Source: a virus (lineage: Duplodnaviria > Caudoviricetes). From it: a DNA stretch of 55,313 bases. The notes below the pieces were generated by a model. It saw only the letters and a list, made by a program, of their open reading frames with translations. It was not told the DNA's origin and did no database searches. The stretch is taken from positions 1 to 55,313 of IMG/VR virus record IMGVR_UViG_3300047564_001761. The stretch is one strand, 5' to 3'. Made by a program: the position numbers and the translations under genes. Below, one piece after another: positions 1 to 8,469 of this stretch (positions within the stretch are counted from its first letter, which is position 1; every line of letters begins with the position of its first letter).

Positions 1-32
1 TGCTGTTCCAAAAGCACGACTAGAAACCTTAT

Positions 33-347
33 TTGCAAACTATGAGTGATGATTTTTTAAATGCTTTGCTTTCTACTGGTCCTAAAGAAGAAGACATACG
101 TAGAAAAATTCATGACGAACTTCGTGATATGTCATTAGTATTTACAGAAAAAGGACGGAGCCAAATGGCTGCAGGACTAACCCTTGCTTCTATGGTAGCA
201 TTAGGAATGAAGATAGATACAGAAGGTCATAGAATATTTGATGAGCTTTTAGATCTAAGTAATACAGAATCAGCTCCAATTAAAGAGACAGACCAAATGG
301 GTAGAGAAAAGTTTTGGGAAGATTTAGGTAGACCAGATGGCTCGTGA
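33..347 (+). CDS. hypothetical phage protein (start may be ATG at 42)
   Basis: ORF track; overlaps next ORF as in an operon. Confidence 0.65.
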   Translation: MQTMSDDFLNALLSTGPKEEDIRRKIHDELRDMSLVFTEKGRSQMAAGLTLASMVALGMKIDTEGHRIFDELLDLSNTESAPIKETDQMGREKFWEDLGRPDGS

Positions 348-555
348 TTGCTCTGGACCTAGCCTATTAAGTATTTGTCAGTGGATAATAAATAACGTAG
401 AGTCTAAAGATTACTATCAGCTAGAATTATTTAATTACTCTGTAGAGCACAGGTGGATACCTAATGAAGATAGGTTACACAAAGAGGAGTATTTTACTTT
501 ATTTCCGTATGAATCAGCGGTTAATTATGTTCGGTCTTACGAACAGACTTCTTAG
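337..555 (+). CDS. hypothetical protein
   Basis: ORF track; coupled to upstream ORF. Confidence 0.55.
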   Translation: MARDCSGPSLLSICQWIINNVESKDYYQLELFNYSVEHRWIPNEDRLHKEEYFTLFPYESAVNYVRSYEQTS

Positions 556-829
556 CTGTATTGTGTTCGATTCTGTTAACAGCATCACGAAGACTTGAAC
601 CGTTATTGGTGAATAGTTCGTGTTTGATGGTTGTAATTTCTTGTTCAATTTTCTCAAACCTTTCGTTACCTTCTTTAAGTCTTTCTACAACACCTGGATT
701 ATCTTCTGTGCCATTCCAGTCTTCAATGAATTTGAACCAAGTCTTGAATAGCTTAAAAAACTTGTTAAATATATAAATAAGCGCTGAAAAAGCAGCGCCT
801 ACAAGTACGATCCATTCAAGAATATTCAT
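521..829 (-). CDS. small membrane protein (N-terminal TM helix + coiled coil; actinophage lysis-associated type)
   Basis: hydrophobic N-terminus WIVLVGAAFSALIYIF; C-terminal NNGSSLRDAVNRIE motif resembling actinophage membrane proteins. Confidence 0.65.
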   Translation of the reverse strand: MNILEWIVLVGAAFSALIYIFNKFFKLFKTWFKFIEDWNGTEDNPGVVERLKEGNERFEKIEQEITTIKHELFTNNGSSLRDAVNRIEHNTAKKSVRKTEHN

Positions 830-909
830 GATAGTATAAGTATATATTAGTATTTATTATGATATAAGAAAAAATTAAATATTTTTTTATTTTACACGCT
901 TATTCTTAG

Positions 910-939
910 TTGACAAGAATTTATGTGTTAGTGTATAAT
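910..939 (+). promoter_or_regulatory. consensus sigma70/SigA promoter for tRNA operon
   Basis: TTGACA(910-915)-N18-TATAAT(934-939), 14 nt upstream of tRNA-Met. Confidence 0.85.
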
Positions 940-953
940 ATACATTACAACAA

Positions 954-1028
954 CGCAGAGTAGAGAAGCTCGGTTATCTCGTCTGGCTCATAACCAGAAG
1001 GCCACGGGTTCGAATCCCGTCTCTGCTA
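954..1028 (+). tRNA. tRNA-Met(CAT), initiator-like
   Basis: acceptor CGCAGAG/CTCTGCT with 1:72 mismatch; anticodon arm TCTGG-CTCATAA-CCAGA; T arm ACGGG-TTCGAAT-CCCGT. Confidence 0.92.
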
Positions 1029-1048
1029 CTAATCCTGTAGTGGGGGTT

Positions 1049-1112
1049 AAATGACCTATCAGATGTCATTAAACTGGGTAAAATGACCTGAGCACGTCTA
1101 TGTAAACTGCTC
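1049..1112 (+). ncRNA. two tandem small H-type pseudoknot candidates
   Basis: AATGAC-CTATCAGAT-GTCATT-AAACTGGGTA and GAC-CTGAGCAC-GTC-TATGT-AAACTGCTC; same motif recurs at 13319 and 13624. Confidence 0.55.
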
Positions 1113-1114
1113 TC

Positions 1115-1184
1115 TATCGTGGGTACTGGGTACGGATTGGTCTCCAAAACCGATCTTGCAGAGTTCGATTCTTTGACACGGTGC
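1115..1184 (+). tRNA. atypical or degenerate tRNA-Trp(CCA)
   Basis: anticodon arm TTGGT-CTCCAAA-ACCGA; T arm CAGAG-TTCGATT-CTTTG; D arm reduced to GTAC-TGG-GTAC; weak acceptor stem. Confidence 0.65.
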
Positions 1185-1385
1185 AAACAGAGGAGCGACG
1201 GCAACTCTGGAATATGACTGAACGAAGTCTTTTGTCAGCAAGGGATGAGTAAGGTACACTGGGGGATTAGCGTCCTGATCTTAGCGGGTCTAACTGGTGG
1301 TCGGATGAAAGCGTATATCATACAATGGTATTGTTGACTTATCCGTGGTGGTAAAAGGCAATCCACCTATTCACAATAATTATAA

Positions 1386-1420
1386 AACCCTGCATTAGCC
1401 ATTACAATGCAGGGCTTTAT
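1386..1420 (+). terminator. stem-loop, probable intrinsic terminator
   Basis: CCCTGCATT...AATGCAGGG followed by T-rich tract. Confidence 0.6.
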
Positions 1421-1425
1421 ATTTT

Positions 1426-1499
1426 GCTCTAGTAGTCCAATTGGTAGAGGCGCATGTCTTAGCAACATGATGTTGTAGGTTCAAGTCCTACCTGGAGCA
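1426..1499 (+). tRNA. tRNA-Leu(TAG) with short variable arm
   Basis: acceptor GCTCTAG/CTGGAGC-A; anticodon arm CATGT-CTTAGCA-ACATG; T arm GTAGG-TTCAAGT-CCTAC. Confidence 0.8.
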
Positions 1500-1502
1500 C
1501 TA

Positions 1503-1531
1503 TTGACAACTTCACATTAATTTATTATACT
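1503..1531 (+). promoter_or_regulatory. SigA-type promoter, leaderless transcript
   Basis: TTGACA-N17-TATACT then 6 nt to ATG at 1538. Confidence 0.8.
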
Positions 1532-1537
1532 TAAGTA

Positions 1538-1744
1538 ATGATCAATATGGATATTCCAGACCCATTTGATACATTTGTGTCAAAAAAATATAGGAACTAT
1601 ATTGGTTCAAAGTATGACTTTTTTGCAAGGGAATGGGCTATGAATTGCGGGTGTTGCAACGAAGAGCTTTTTGCAAAAACAAGGAAGATGCTTGTTAAGA
1701 TAAGGCTATATCATACTAGAAATGAATGTATGGGTGGATACTAA
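1538..1744 (+). CDS. hypothetical protein, Cys/His (possible Zn-binding)
   Basis: ORF directly after promoter; CGCC...H..NEC. Confidence 0.7.
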   Translation: MINMDIPDPFDTFVSKKYRNYIGSKYDFFAREWAMNCGCCNEELFAKTRKMLVKIRLYHTRNECMGGY

Positions 1745-1834
1745 TGAACTGTAATAAATGCGGTATGGACAAAGAACACATTGAATATTGGGATACCCAT
1801 CAAACCATGAGTGACTATAAGGTGTGGTGCAAGA

Positions 1835-2245
1835 ATGGATCTTGAATTAGGTCAAATGTTACTAAGCAATAATGATTGGCACAAATACGATTGTTATTGG
1901 GCATCAGATGGATTAAATTTGATTGCAGAGGTAATTGCTGAGTTGCGTGGAGAGCAGTACTCTACTTATGGATGGAATGGATTGCTTACATCTAATTCAG
2001 GTTCAGAAGAATACATAAATGATGTATTTGAGATGCGACCTTATTGCTGGTGTGGTATGGTGTGGGAAGAAGATCCAAATCACCCGCATGCTCAGGGTTG
2101 TCCTCCAAACTTTTTATACAAGCCAAACGGAATGATAATTACATGGTACAAGCATGCAGCTCGTGGAGCAACTTCAAATAAAAAATATCCAGGGGCCAGA
2201 ACTTGGTTTGAAATAGTTAAGCATTGTATTGGGAGTATAGAATGA
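1835..2245 (+). CDS. hypothetical protein
   Basis: ORF track 1811..2245; ATG at 1835 preferred (overlaps stop of 33-aa ORF 1744-1845). Confidence 0.7.
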   Translation: MDLELGQMLLSNNDWHKYDCYWASDGLNLIAEVIAELRGEQYSTYGWNGLLTSNSGSEEYINDVFEMRPYCWCGMVWEEDPNHPHAQGCPPNFLYKPNGMIITWYKHAARGATSNKKYPGARTWFEIVKHCIGSIE

Positions 2246-2418
2246 CAGATCAGATAATTAGGCTTCTTTCTGTTATTATTAATAATGAAATTCAAAGGGA
2301 TCAATGGATGAATGGTTATAATCATGCCTTTAAGATGTCACCTGTTGAAATGATTAAGGCGGGAAAAGAAGAAGAAGTAATAAAATATTTAATGTATCAG
2401 ATTGAGGGTCCATACTAA
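2242..2418 (+). CDS. stand-alone Xre/MbcA/ParS antitoxin toxin-binding-like domain
   Basis: W-M-x3-N-x-AF-x2-SP-x-EMI-x2-G-x4-V-x2-YL pattern recalled from this family; ATGA coupling. Confidence 0.55.
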   Translation: MTDQIIRLLSVIINNEIQRDQWMNGYNHAFKMSPVEMIKAGKEEEVIKYLMYQIEGPY

Positions 2419-2609
2419 TGACACACGATGAGATGATGCTAAGAATAGCACAGCTATCTATTACACCTGAAACTAATGTGGTTCCAAGCGAATTAGCAAC
2501 TGCTTTGATGGCAGTAGTTGAATATATTAGACCCAATGACTGGGACTTTACTGATGAAAAGTATAACAAGACAGAGATATTTAAGATTATTGAAAGGCAT
2601 CTAAAATGA
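2418..2609 (+). CDS. hypothetical protein
   Basis: ORF track; TAATG coupling. Confidence 0.65.
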   Translation: MTHDEMMLRIAQLSITPETNVVPSELATALMAVVEYIRPNDWDFTDEKYNKTEIFKIIERHLK

Positions 2610-2881
2610 GCAAAAAGAAAATTGATCGCCCAGAATATATAATTAAGGTTAATCGTGACTGGAGATATGGCAAGAGAGCCAGATTCTGGGATATTCAAAA
2701 GTGGTATCAAATGGGTGCAGGTCCAGAAGACGGATATTGGGGAAATGCTTGTAAGGGTGGTCTAGCATATACTGAGTGGGGTATGTGGTGGGCTATTAAA
2801 AGAAGGCTAAAGAAGATGCAGCTTGGATATAGCAATACCTATTTTAATTTAGATAAGTCTAAAATAAAAGACCTATTGTAA
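2606..2881 (+). CDS. hypothetical protein
   Basis: ORF track; ATGA coupling. Confidence 0.65.
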   Translation: MSKKKIDRPEYIIKVNRDWRYGKRARFWDIQKWYQMGAGPEDGYWGNACKGGLAYTEWGMWWAIKRRLKKMQLGYSNTYFNLDKSKIKDLL

Positions 2882-2926
2882 AATTTGCTATAAAATGATA
2901 TACTATTAAAAACAGAAAGAAGTAAA

Positions 2927-3223
2927 ATGATTAAACCTATGGGTGCAAACCTTTTAGTAAAGAAGATTGATTCAGTAGATAGAACTACTAAGAGTGGGCT
3001 AGTAATCTCAGCAGCCCTTACAGACAGTGATTTAACACAGGCTACCGTAATCCTAGTTGGGGACGGAGAGCAGAACTACCTTGGAGATACCATCAAGGTA
3101 GACTATATTAGTGTTGGGGATATCATCTATTACGCAGAGCGTAATGGTACAGAGATCGAAGATTTCGATACCAATGAGAAGTATTATCTAGTAAATGCCA
3201 AGAATGTCATGGCAAAGCGATGA
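2927..3223 (+). CDS. groES: co-chaperonin GroES (Cpn10)
   Basis: IKPMGANLLVK, mobile loop TTKSGLVI, VILVGDG, VGDIIYY...GTEIE. Confidence 0.9.
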   Translation: MIKPMGANLLVKKIDSVDRTTKSGLVISAALTDSDLTQATVILVGDGEQNYLGDTIKVDYISVGDIIYYAERNGTEIEDFDTNEKYYLVNAKNVMAKR

Positions 3224-3372
3224 CCCAGAAGCGTCACCAGAAGCAGCTAAAGCGTAGAAAGAATAAGCAGAAGGACGAACAGCACTACATGATGCGTGAG
3301 TATCGTCGTATGGCCCAGTACATGTTCGGCCAGGCTATGAAGGGTCAGGAAGAGGCTAAAAGTGAGCAGTGA
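3220..3372 (+). CDS. small basic hypothetical protein (50 aa)
   Basis: read manually; ATGA overlap with groES. Confidence 0.55.
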   Translation: MTQKRHQKQLKRRKNKQKDEQHYMMREYRRMAQYMFGQAMKGQEEAKSEQ

Positions 3373-3521
3373 GCGGCTGGAAGAAGGAATTACCCTATTT
3401 TATGATGACGGCATCCTATGGAAGGGTGCTGTATTGTATAAGGGAAGATACTACTTTGATGACATTGGAAGCGAATCCTTCATGGATGAATTAGAGTTTA
3501 TGGATGAATGGTCAGGCCTAA

Positions 3522-3713
3522 ATGCGAATTAAATTCTTTGCTGGGGTATGGGATTCATGGGGTATAGAAGTCTCATATTGCCACTGGTATAGAGGCTTTA
3601 CAATAGCTCTGATCCACTGGTATTTTGGCTTTGAAATCTGGACTAAAGAAGAAGTAGAGATTGCTTCAGAAGTAAGACGTAAAATGACAGAAGAAGAGTT
3701 TTCAGAAGAGTGA
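3522..3713 (+). CDS. hypothetical protein
   Basis: ORF track. Confidence 0.55.
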   Translation: MRIKFFAGVWDSWGIEVSYCHWYRGFTIALIHWYFGFEIWTKEEVEIASEVRRKMTEEEFSEE

Positions 3714-3775
3714 GCCGAAAACAGAAGCCCCGTCCAGAACTGGACCTAAATAAAGAGAAACTTAAGGATAAATAA

Positions 3776-4096
3776 ATGGGATATTGGTCATGGATACTGG
3801 CTGTAATAGGCGTTACAGGCATATTTTTGGTAGGTAAGAAAACTCTCTACGGATGGTTAATTCTCCTACTCAATGAATGCATCTGGATCGCCTATGCATT
3901 AGCTACTGACCAGTACGGTTTTATCGTTATGGCTACCGCCTATGCTCTAGTCTATATTAAATCATATAGGGCCTGGCGGAAAGAGGAAGAATCCAATAAA
4001 GTACGTAATAGAATAAAGGATAAGGTACTCAATAAGGATAAGTATGTCCCAGAGGGTAAATATCCAGAGAAATATGAAATTTTGACGGAGCTATAG
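3776..4096 (+). CDS. PnuC-like / 3-TM half-transporter membrane protein
   Basis: three hydrophobic segments, WSWILAVIGVTGIFLVGKK...GW...W...QYG; AAGGA RBS. Confidence 0.6.
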   Translation: MGYWSWILAVIGVTGIFLVGKKTLYGWLILLLNECIWIAYALATDQYGFIVMATAYALVYIKSYRAWRKEEESNKVRNRIKDKVLNKDKYVPEGKYPEKYEILTEL

Positions 4097-4098
4097 AG

Positions 4099-4290
4099 AT
4101 GTTTAATCTCAGAGGAATACCTACTCCTATATGTCCTTGTTGTCAATCTAGCCTATTACGGGTTACTGTACAGTTTGATCAGGATACATATGATATTGTA
4201 GGATATCTTCTAGATGATGCAGAGTGTATGGAATGTAAATGCTTAATTACTGCTCCAACTCCATTAGATCATCCTGAATATAGCCCATAG
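4099..4290 (+). CDS. small Zn-ribbon protein (actinophage type)
   Basis: RGIPTPICPCC...AECMEC...TAPTPLD; GGAG RBS. Confidence 0.7.
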   Translation: MFNLRGIPTPICPCCQSSLLRVTVQFDQDTYDIVGYLLDDAECMECKCLITAPTPLDHPEYSP

Positions 4291-4324
4291 AAGGCTTATA
4301 GAGCTATCGCTCTGCTTGTGCCAA

Positions 4325-4350
4325 GAGGGGGAATATCCATTCCCCCTTTT
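4325..4350 (+). terminator. intrinsic terminator ending rightward block
   Basis: AGGGGGAAT-ATCC-ATTCCCCCT followed by TTTTT. Confidence 0.75.
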
Positions 4351-4392
4351 TGCCATTTCTAGAGCCAAATAACAGGGTTTTAGAGGCATATC

Positions 4393-4990
4393 TGTGGATA
4401 ACTTGTGGATAACTATATAAAGAAAATTAATAAATAACTAATGTTTATATATGTTATAGTTATATGGGTAATAGCGCATATCAAAATATGAGACGTAATG
4501 TCAAATTTGGAGGGATAAAATATCAACATATGAGACCTATCATATTTGGAGAGACTTGTCAATAACTTGACCATATATATCTCATTATATGAGACAATAT
4601 TCCCGTGATTTTTGGGACTCATCGTAATGTTTTTTTGCATAAAAAATCCCAAATTTCACGGAGAAATTGGGATAAAATAGATTATAATTATATTATTTAA
4701 ATAGTTTTTCTAGAATTCTTTCAAGAAATATAAGCAGCTTATTAGACCTCTTATCTGTATAGTGCATAGGTTGTTTATATAGGTTAGAGAAGTATCTACG
4801 TGGCATTATTATTCCTCCTGCCGCCGTTCGGCGGCGGTGATCCAGAAGATCACCTTACTCCTAGTATAGTACATAGAATAATACCTTGTCAAATTCCCGT
4901 GATTTTTTAGATCATGTCGTAATGTCTAAATTATATAGATAATACTTATCCACAGAGATATCCACAGGTTGTGGATAAAGTTGTGGATAA
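4393..4990. promoter_or_regulatory. DnaA-box cluster flanking AT-rich non-coding island
   Basis: TGTGGATAA at 4393, 4404, 4970, 4982; TTATCCACA at 4946; ATATCCACA at 4958. Confidence 0.85.
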
Positions 4991-5047
4991 CTTTTATCAA
5001 ATTTATTCCCCAAATTCCAGTGATTTTTATCATGTTGACGTAATGTC
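4599..5047 (+). repeat. three imperfect ~33-37 bp direct repeats
   Basis: ATTCC(C/A)GTGATTTTT...CGTAATGT at ~4599, ~4892, ~5011. Confidence 0.75.
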
Positions 5048-5120
5048 ATTTATTTGATATGCTGCATTTTATATGCCGCACACAAACCCCAGCTTTGTCA
5101 AGCTGGGATCGTGCGTTATA

Positions 5121-5492
5121 TTATGCGTTTTGCGGGATACGGAATCCTAGTTTATCTAAGAGCTCTTGCCCCAAATGATACTGGCAGAATTCCTCAAATG
5201 AATGCCCGTCGATTTGCTTATTTACCATATCAATTTCTACAGTAAAGTCCCATAGATTTGTATTCTCTGGGTCCACCGCAAATAAACCAAAGCCCGTTTC
5301 TGAATTCCAGTCTTCGTTAATTAATTGGCTTACGATAATACGGGTTGCATAGGATGCATCGTTCCACCGTGGCTTTGCCATCCAGATTGCATGTGCGATT
5401 GATGACTCCCATTCAGTCTCGCCCCAATGTGAATATAGGGCCACTGCCTGAGATGTGCCATCGTTGAATACGTAATTGATACGTGCTCCCAT
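5121..5492 (-). CDS. hypothetical phage protein
   Basis: ORF track; AAGGAG RBS. Confidence 0.8.
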   Translation of the reverse strand: MGARINYVFNDGTSQAVALYSHWGETEWESSIAHAIWMAKPRWNDASYATRIIVSQLINEDWNSETGFGLFAVDPENTNLWDFTVEIDMVNKQIDGHSFEEFCQYHLGQELLDKLGFRIPQNA

Positions 5493-5495
5493 AAT

Positions 5496-5777
5496 TTATT
5501 CTCCTTGTTGTAGTGGGTTTGCCTTGAAGTATTTCTTCAATTCATTGTATGCTCCTACGATGTAGGAAACTGCGCTATCGTTTTTCTTTACTGTGATGTG
5601 TCCAAGTGCTGAGCCAATTGCGTAGGCAGTACCTAAATCATTAGCCTCATGTACAGGCTTGCCCTTATCACCAAGATAAGCAACCATGACCATAACACGA
5701 TAGCAGAGTGTGTTTAATTGTAGTTCGCCATCGGCTTCGTTAGCCCATGCCTGGATTTCGTTACTGATTGTAGTCAT
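5496..5777 (-). CDS. hypothetical protein
   Basis: ORF track; operon coupling. Confidence 0.7.
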   Translation of the reverse strand: MTTISNEIQAWANEADGELQLNTLCYRVMVMVAYLGDKGKPVHEANDLGTAYAIGSALGHITVKKNDSAVSYIVGAYNELKKYFKANPLQQGE

Positions 5778-6114
5778 CTAGATTAACCGCTTTCTCATCG
5801 TATTTGTAATTGGACCATTGTACTACAGGTGGCTCGTAGTTGTCAAGAATATCCTTGCCTGGACCCTCGTCTAGGACTATGGTATCTATCACACTGGCTA
5901 CCTCAACTGTATCGTTGTCTTTATTGTGGTAGTTATAGTATTTGAAATCAACTCCCCAATACTTTATCATTGTTAGAAATAGTTTCATTATTCGCCGCTG
6001 GACATTTGGTGGTTGCTTCATCACGTTCATGGCAAAGTCTGAGTCTTGGAATCTAATATCTGAAATTGAATCTACTAACTTTTCTACCGCCTTCTCTTCA
6101 TCTCTCTTAGCCAT
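5761..6114 (-). CDS. hypothetical protein
   Basis: ORF track; TTGACA...TAGAAT promoter and GGGAG immediately upstream. Confidence 0.75.
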   Translation of the reverse strand: MAKRDEEKAVEKLVDSISDIRFQDSDFAMNVMKQPPNVQRRIMKLFLTMIKYWGVDFKYYNYHNKDNDTVEVASVIDTIVLDEGPGKDILDNYEPPVVQWSNYKYDEKAVNLDDYNQ

Positions 6115-6180
6115 AACTCCCTATTCTACTAAAAATATGTGGGGGTGTCAAGTACCCACCCCCACCGCTATTAAATTATA

Positions 6181-6315
6181 TTACTTAGTGTTTGGTGCTT
6201 CAAAGACCTTACCTTCGGCCTCTGCATTGCGTAGTGCTTCTACCTGAGCACGTGTGAAACGTCCTCGTGCCCCAACTAGAAATCCTAGTTGCTCTAGATA
6301 TTCACGCTTTGTCAT
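6181..6315 (-). CDS. Lsr2-like DNA-binding domain microprotein (44 aa)
   Basis: manual translation MTKREYLEQLGFLVGARGRFTRAQVEAL..., RGR AT-hook-like motif; AAGGAG RBS; own promoter upstream. Confidence 0.65.
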   Translation of the reverse strand: MTKREYLEQLGFLVGARGRFTRAQVEALRNAEAEGKVFEAPNTK

Positions 6316-6394
6316 CCGCATTCTCCTTTTTGTTAGTTTGTGCTAATCCTACCACCATGATAGGAAACCTGTCAAGCTGTCTCATAATTTGAGA

Positions 6395-6784
6395 CTACTC
6401 TTCCTCTTCTCCGTCATACTCTTCGATAATGCCTTCATCAAGCATCCAGTCCCGTACAGCCTCGTACAGGTCCTCTGTCCCGTATTCCAGTGTGAACCCG
6501 TTCTTGTCCGCCTGTGTGAAGAACAGTTCCCACATCTCTTCTTCATCCATAGTTACGTTGTAATCAGGATCTCCGCCTTCACGGATGTCTTTTAAAATAG
6601 TTATTGCTACATCCCAAGTCCATACCCAAACCAGGGGCGGGAATAAACGAAGTTCCCCTATCTTATCAATGATTATATTGATATCACGGAATGTATCCTG
6701 CATGCGTGTTTTTTCCTGTAGATCCATATCAGTCTTCGTACCCATCAAAATACCCCTCTGCCCATAGGCCTTGTAAGAAATCAT
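6395..6784 (-). CDS. acidic hypothetical protein (start may be 6745)
   Basis: ORF track. Confidence 0.7.
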   Translation of the reverse strand: MISYKAYGQRGILMGTKTDMDLQEKTRMQDTFRDINIIIDKIGELRLFPPLVWVWTWDVAITILKDIREGGDPDYNVTMDEEEMWELFFTQADKNGFTLEYGTEDLYEAVRDWMLDEGIIEEYDGEEEE

Positions 6785-7054
6785 GAGCCATAACTAAATA
6801 GTTATGGATAGCAGGATTTTCATCAGCATTGACTAATAAGTCTGCTTGATAAACTCCATATGTCATATCTGCTAGATCCTTCTGTGTATAACCTAGCATT
6901 ATTCATTCCACCAATACTTAACAATTGTGTTTAAAGTAGTATGAATATGGCAGTCACAATCTTCACCGCCCATATTCTCGTGGAATTCTATATGAGAATA
7001 ATTATCCTCGTATATCTCGTTAACTAGTTCTTCGATAGTTCTCATGCCTGCTCC

Positions 7055-7588
7055 TTAGAAGTGGAAATCAACTGGGACGAGGAATTGTAGCATGGCGGTC
7101 TCAGGCTTGTCAAGTCTTTCCCGTAAATATCTCAAATCCGCAGTGTATTCCTTTTTGTCAAAGAAGGCGGAGTCAGGTATCCATTCGCCTGACATTAACT
7201 TACACATAGTATTAATATAGTAATTGTTAAAATCAAATCGGCTGTCGTCAGGTAGTTCTCCACTGTTACTAATATACTCAACAATGTCAGAGGTAAACTT
7301 ATCTAACTTTATCTTAGTTAGATATTGGTTGGCATTCTCAATACGATACTTAACAATACCGTCAATTATCTTATTAAACTCTTCAGGCTTTTCTGCATAT
7401 GAGATAATCATATTGGATGAATCTTCATATTGTGATTCAGACCAGCGACCACCGCCGACAACATGCCAGTCAGACCAATCGCAATTTCTAAATCCTGTTT
7501 CTTCTGACGGCTCTAAGAATGCCTGAACATCTGAGAAGGCCTCTTCCATATCTTGTGCTTCAACCGCAATGTAGTGGAGTGTGTGCAT
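7055..7588 (-). CDS. hypothetical phage protein
   Basis: ORF track; WSDWHVVGGGRW and terminal VDFHF motifs; promoter upstream. Confidence 0.8.
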   Translation of the reverse strand: MHTLHYIAVEAQDMEEAFSDVQAFLEPSEETGFRNCDWSDWHVVGGGRWSESQYEDSSNMIISYAEKPEEFNKIIDGIVKYRIENANQYLTKIKLDKFTSDIVEYISNSGELPDDSRFDFNNYYINTMCKLMSGEWIPDSAFFDKKEYTADLRYLRERLDKPETAMLQFLVPVDFHF

Positions 7589-7624
7589 TTTCCTGTGCTT
7601 TCTATTAGTTTATCGTAATGGGTA

Positions 7625-7680
7625 ATTCTACCATGCGGGACTGACATCTGTCCAGCCCAGCCAGTGTGATTAATATCACA
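7625..7680 (-). promoter_or_regulatory. promoter with perfect CRP-type box
   Basis: minus strand TGTGATATTAATCACA-N10-TGGACA-N18-TAGAAT. Confidence 0.75.
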
Positions 7681-7683
7681 AAG

Positions 7684-7896
7684 CTATGCGAAGATCGACC
7701 AGCCCTGGAAGTCTCCCTCATCCACGACATAGCGCTGAACGGCAGACCAAGCGGACTCCCCGTAGAAATACTTAGGGCGCTTGTTGGGGACGGTAACCTT
7801 GAAGAAACAATTATCTTCGTTGGCCTCGTATACGTCAATTGCTGTGTCCCCGTTATAAATAGGGAACCAGGTTACAGAATTTACTTTAGGTTTCAT
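7684..7896 (-). CDS. hypothetical protein, leaderless
   Basis: TTGACT-N18-TAGAAT-N6-ATG on minus strand. Confidence 0.75.
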   Translation of the reverse strand: MKPKVNSVTWFPIYNGDTAIDVYEANEDNCFFKVTVPNKRPKYFYGESAWSAVQRYVVDEGDFQGWSIFA

Positions 7897-8130
7897 GGCT
7901 GTATTCTACCACCCCGCATAGCCGTGAGTCAAGTTTGATCCCCGTAATGTGATCAAAGTCACAGGGGCCGCACCAGCTTTATAAAAAGCAGAAGGGCCAG
8001 GTCCCCCAACCTGGCCCCTCATGTAGGCATTCCCATATTTAACGACTTGGCGAAGCCTGACAGCCGTACCTACATCATCACCACTTACGTGATACATACT
8101 ATTTTACTTGACTGAAATAAATCTGTCAAG

Positions 8131-8349
8131 TTACTCCCACTTTAGTGTGTATCCCTTTACCCTAATGTTTCTGCCCATGTTAAACTTCTTCACGGCCTCT
8201 GATACAACTGCCTTGTCTTCATATTTAGTTATTGCTATGAAGTTATCAATTGCATCGCTGGCGGTGATACCCGCAAACATAAGATTGTTATTCTTACGAA
8301 TAATCCAAGCCATTAGAACTCCCCGTTCTCTAACATGGTAATAAGCCAT
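8131..8349 (-). CDS. hypothetical protein (start likely 8313)
   Basis: ORF track; GGGGAG before second Met. Confidence 0.6.
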   Translation of the reverse strand: MAYYHVRERGVLMAWIIRKNNNLMFAGITASDAIDNFIAITKYEDKAVVSEAVKKFNMGRNIRVKGYTLKWE

Positions 8350-8469
8350 TCGATTGCTTCTACCAATTCGTCGTCTATTGTTTGTTCTGCTTTTTCTGCC
8401 AATTGTTCTACAAGATCCTCACGAGATTGCTTGTAGCCATCGTGCCAGCCAGATGTGTAGTCTGACATA

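Noticed and set aside
974-1204. 76-aa minus-strand ORF
   Set aside because: Antisense shadow of tRNA-Met and tRNA-Trp
4413-5245. ORFs 4413-4652(-) and 5054-5245(+)
   Set aside because: TTG starts without RBS; they lie in the repeat island or antisense to a better gene
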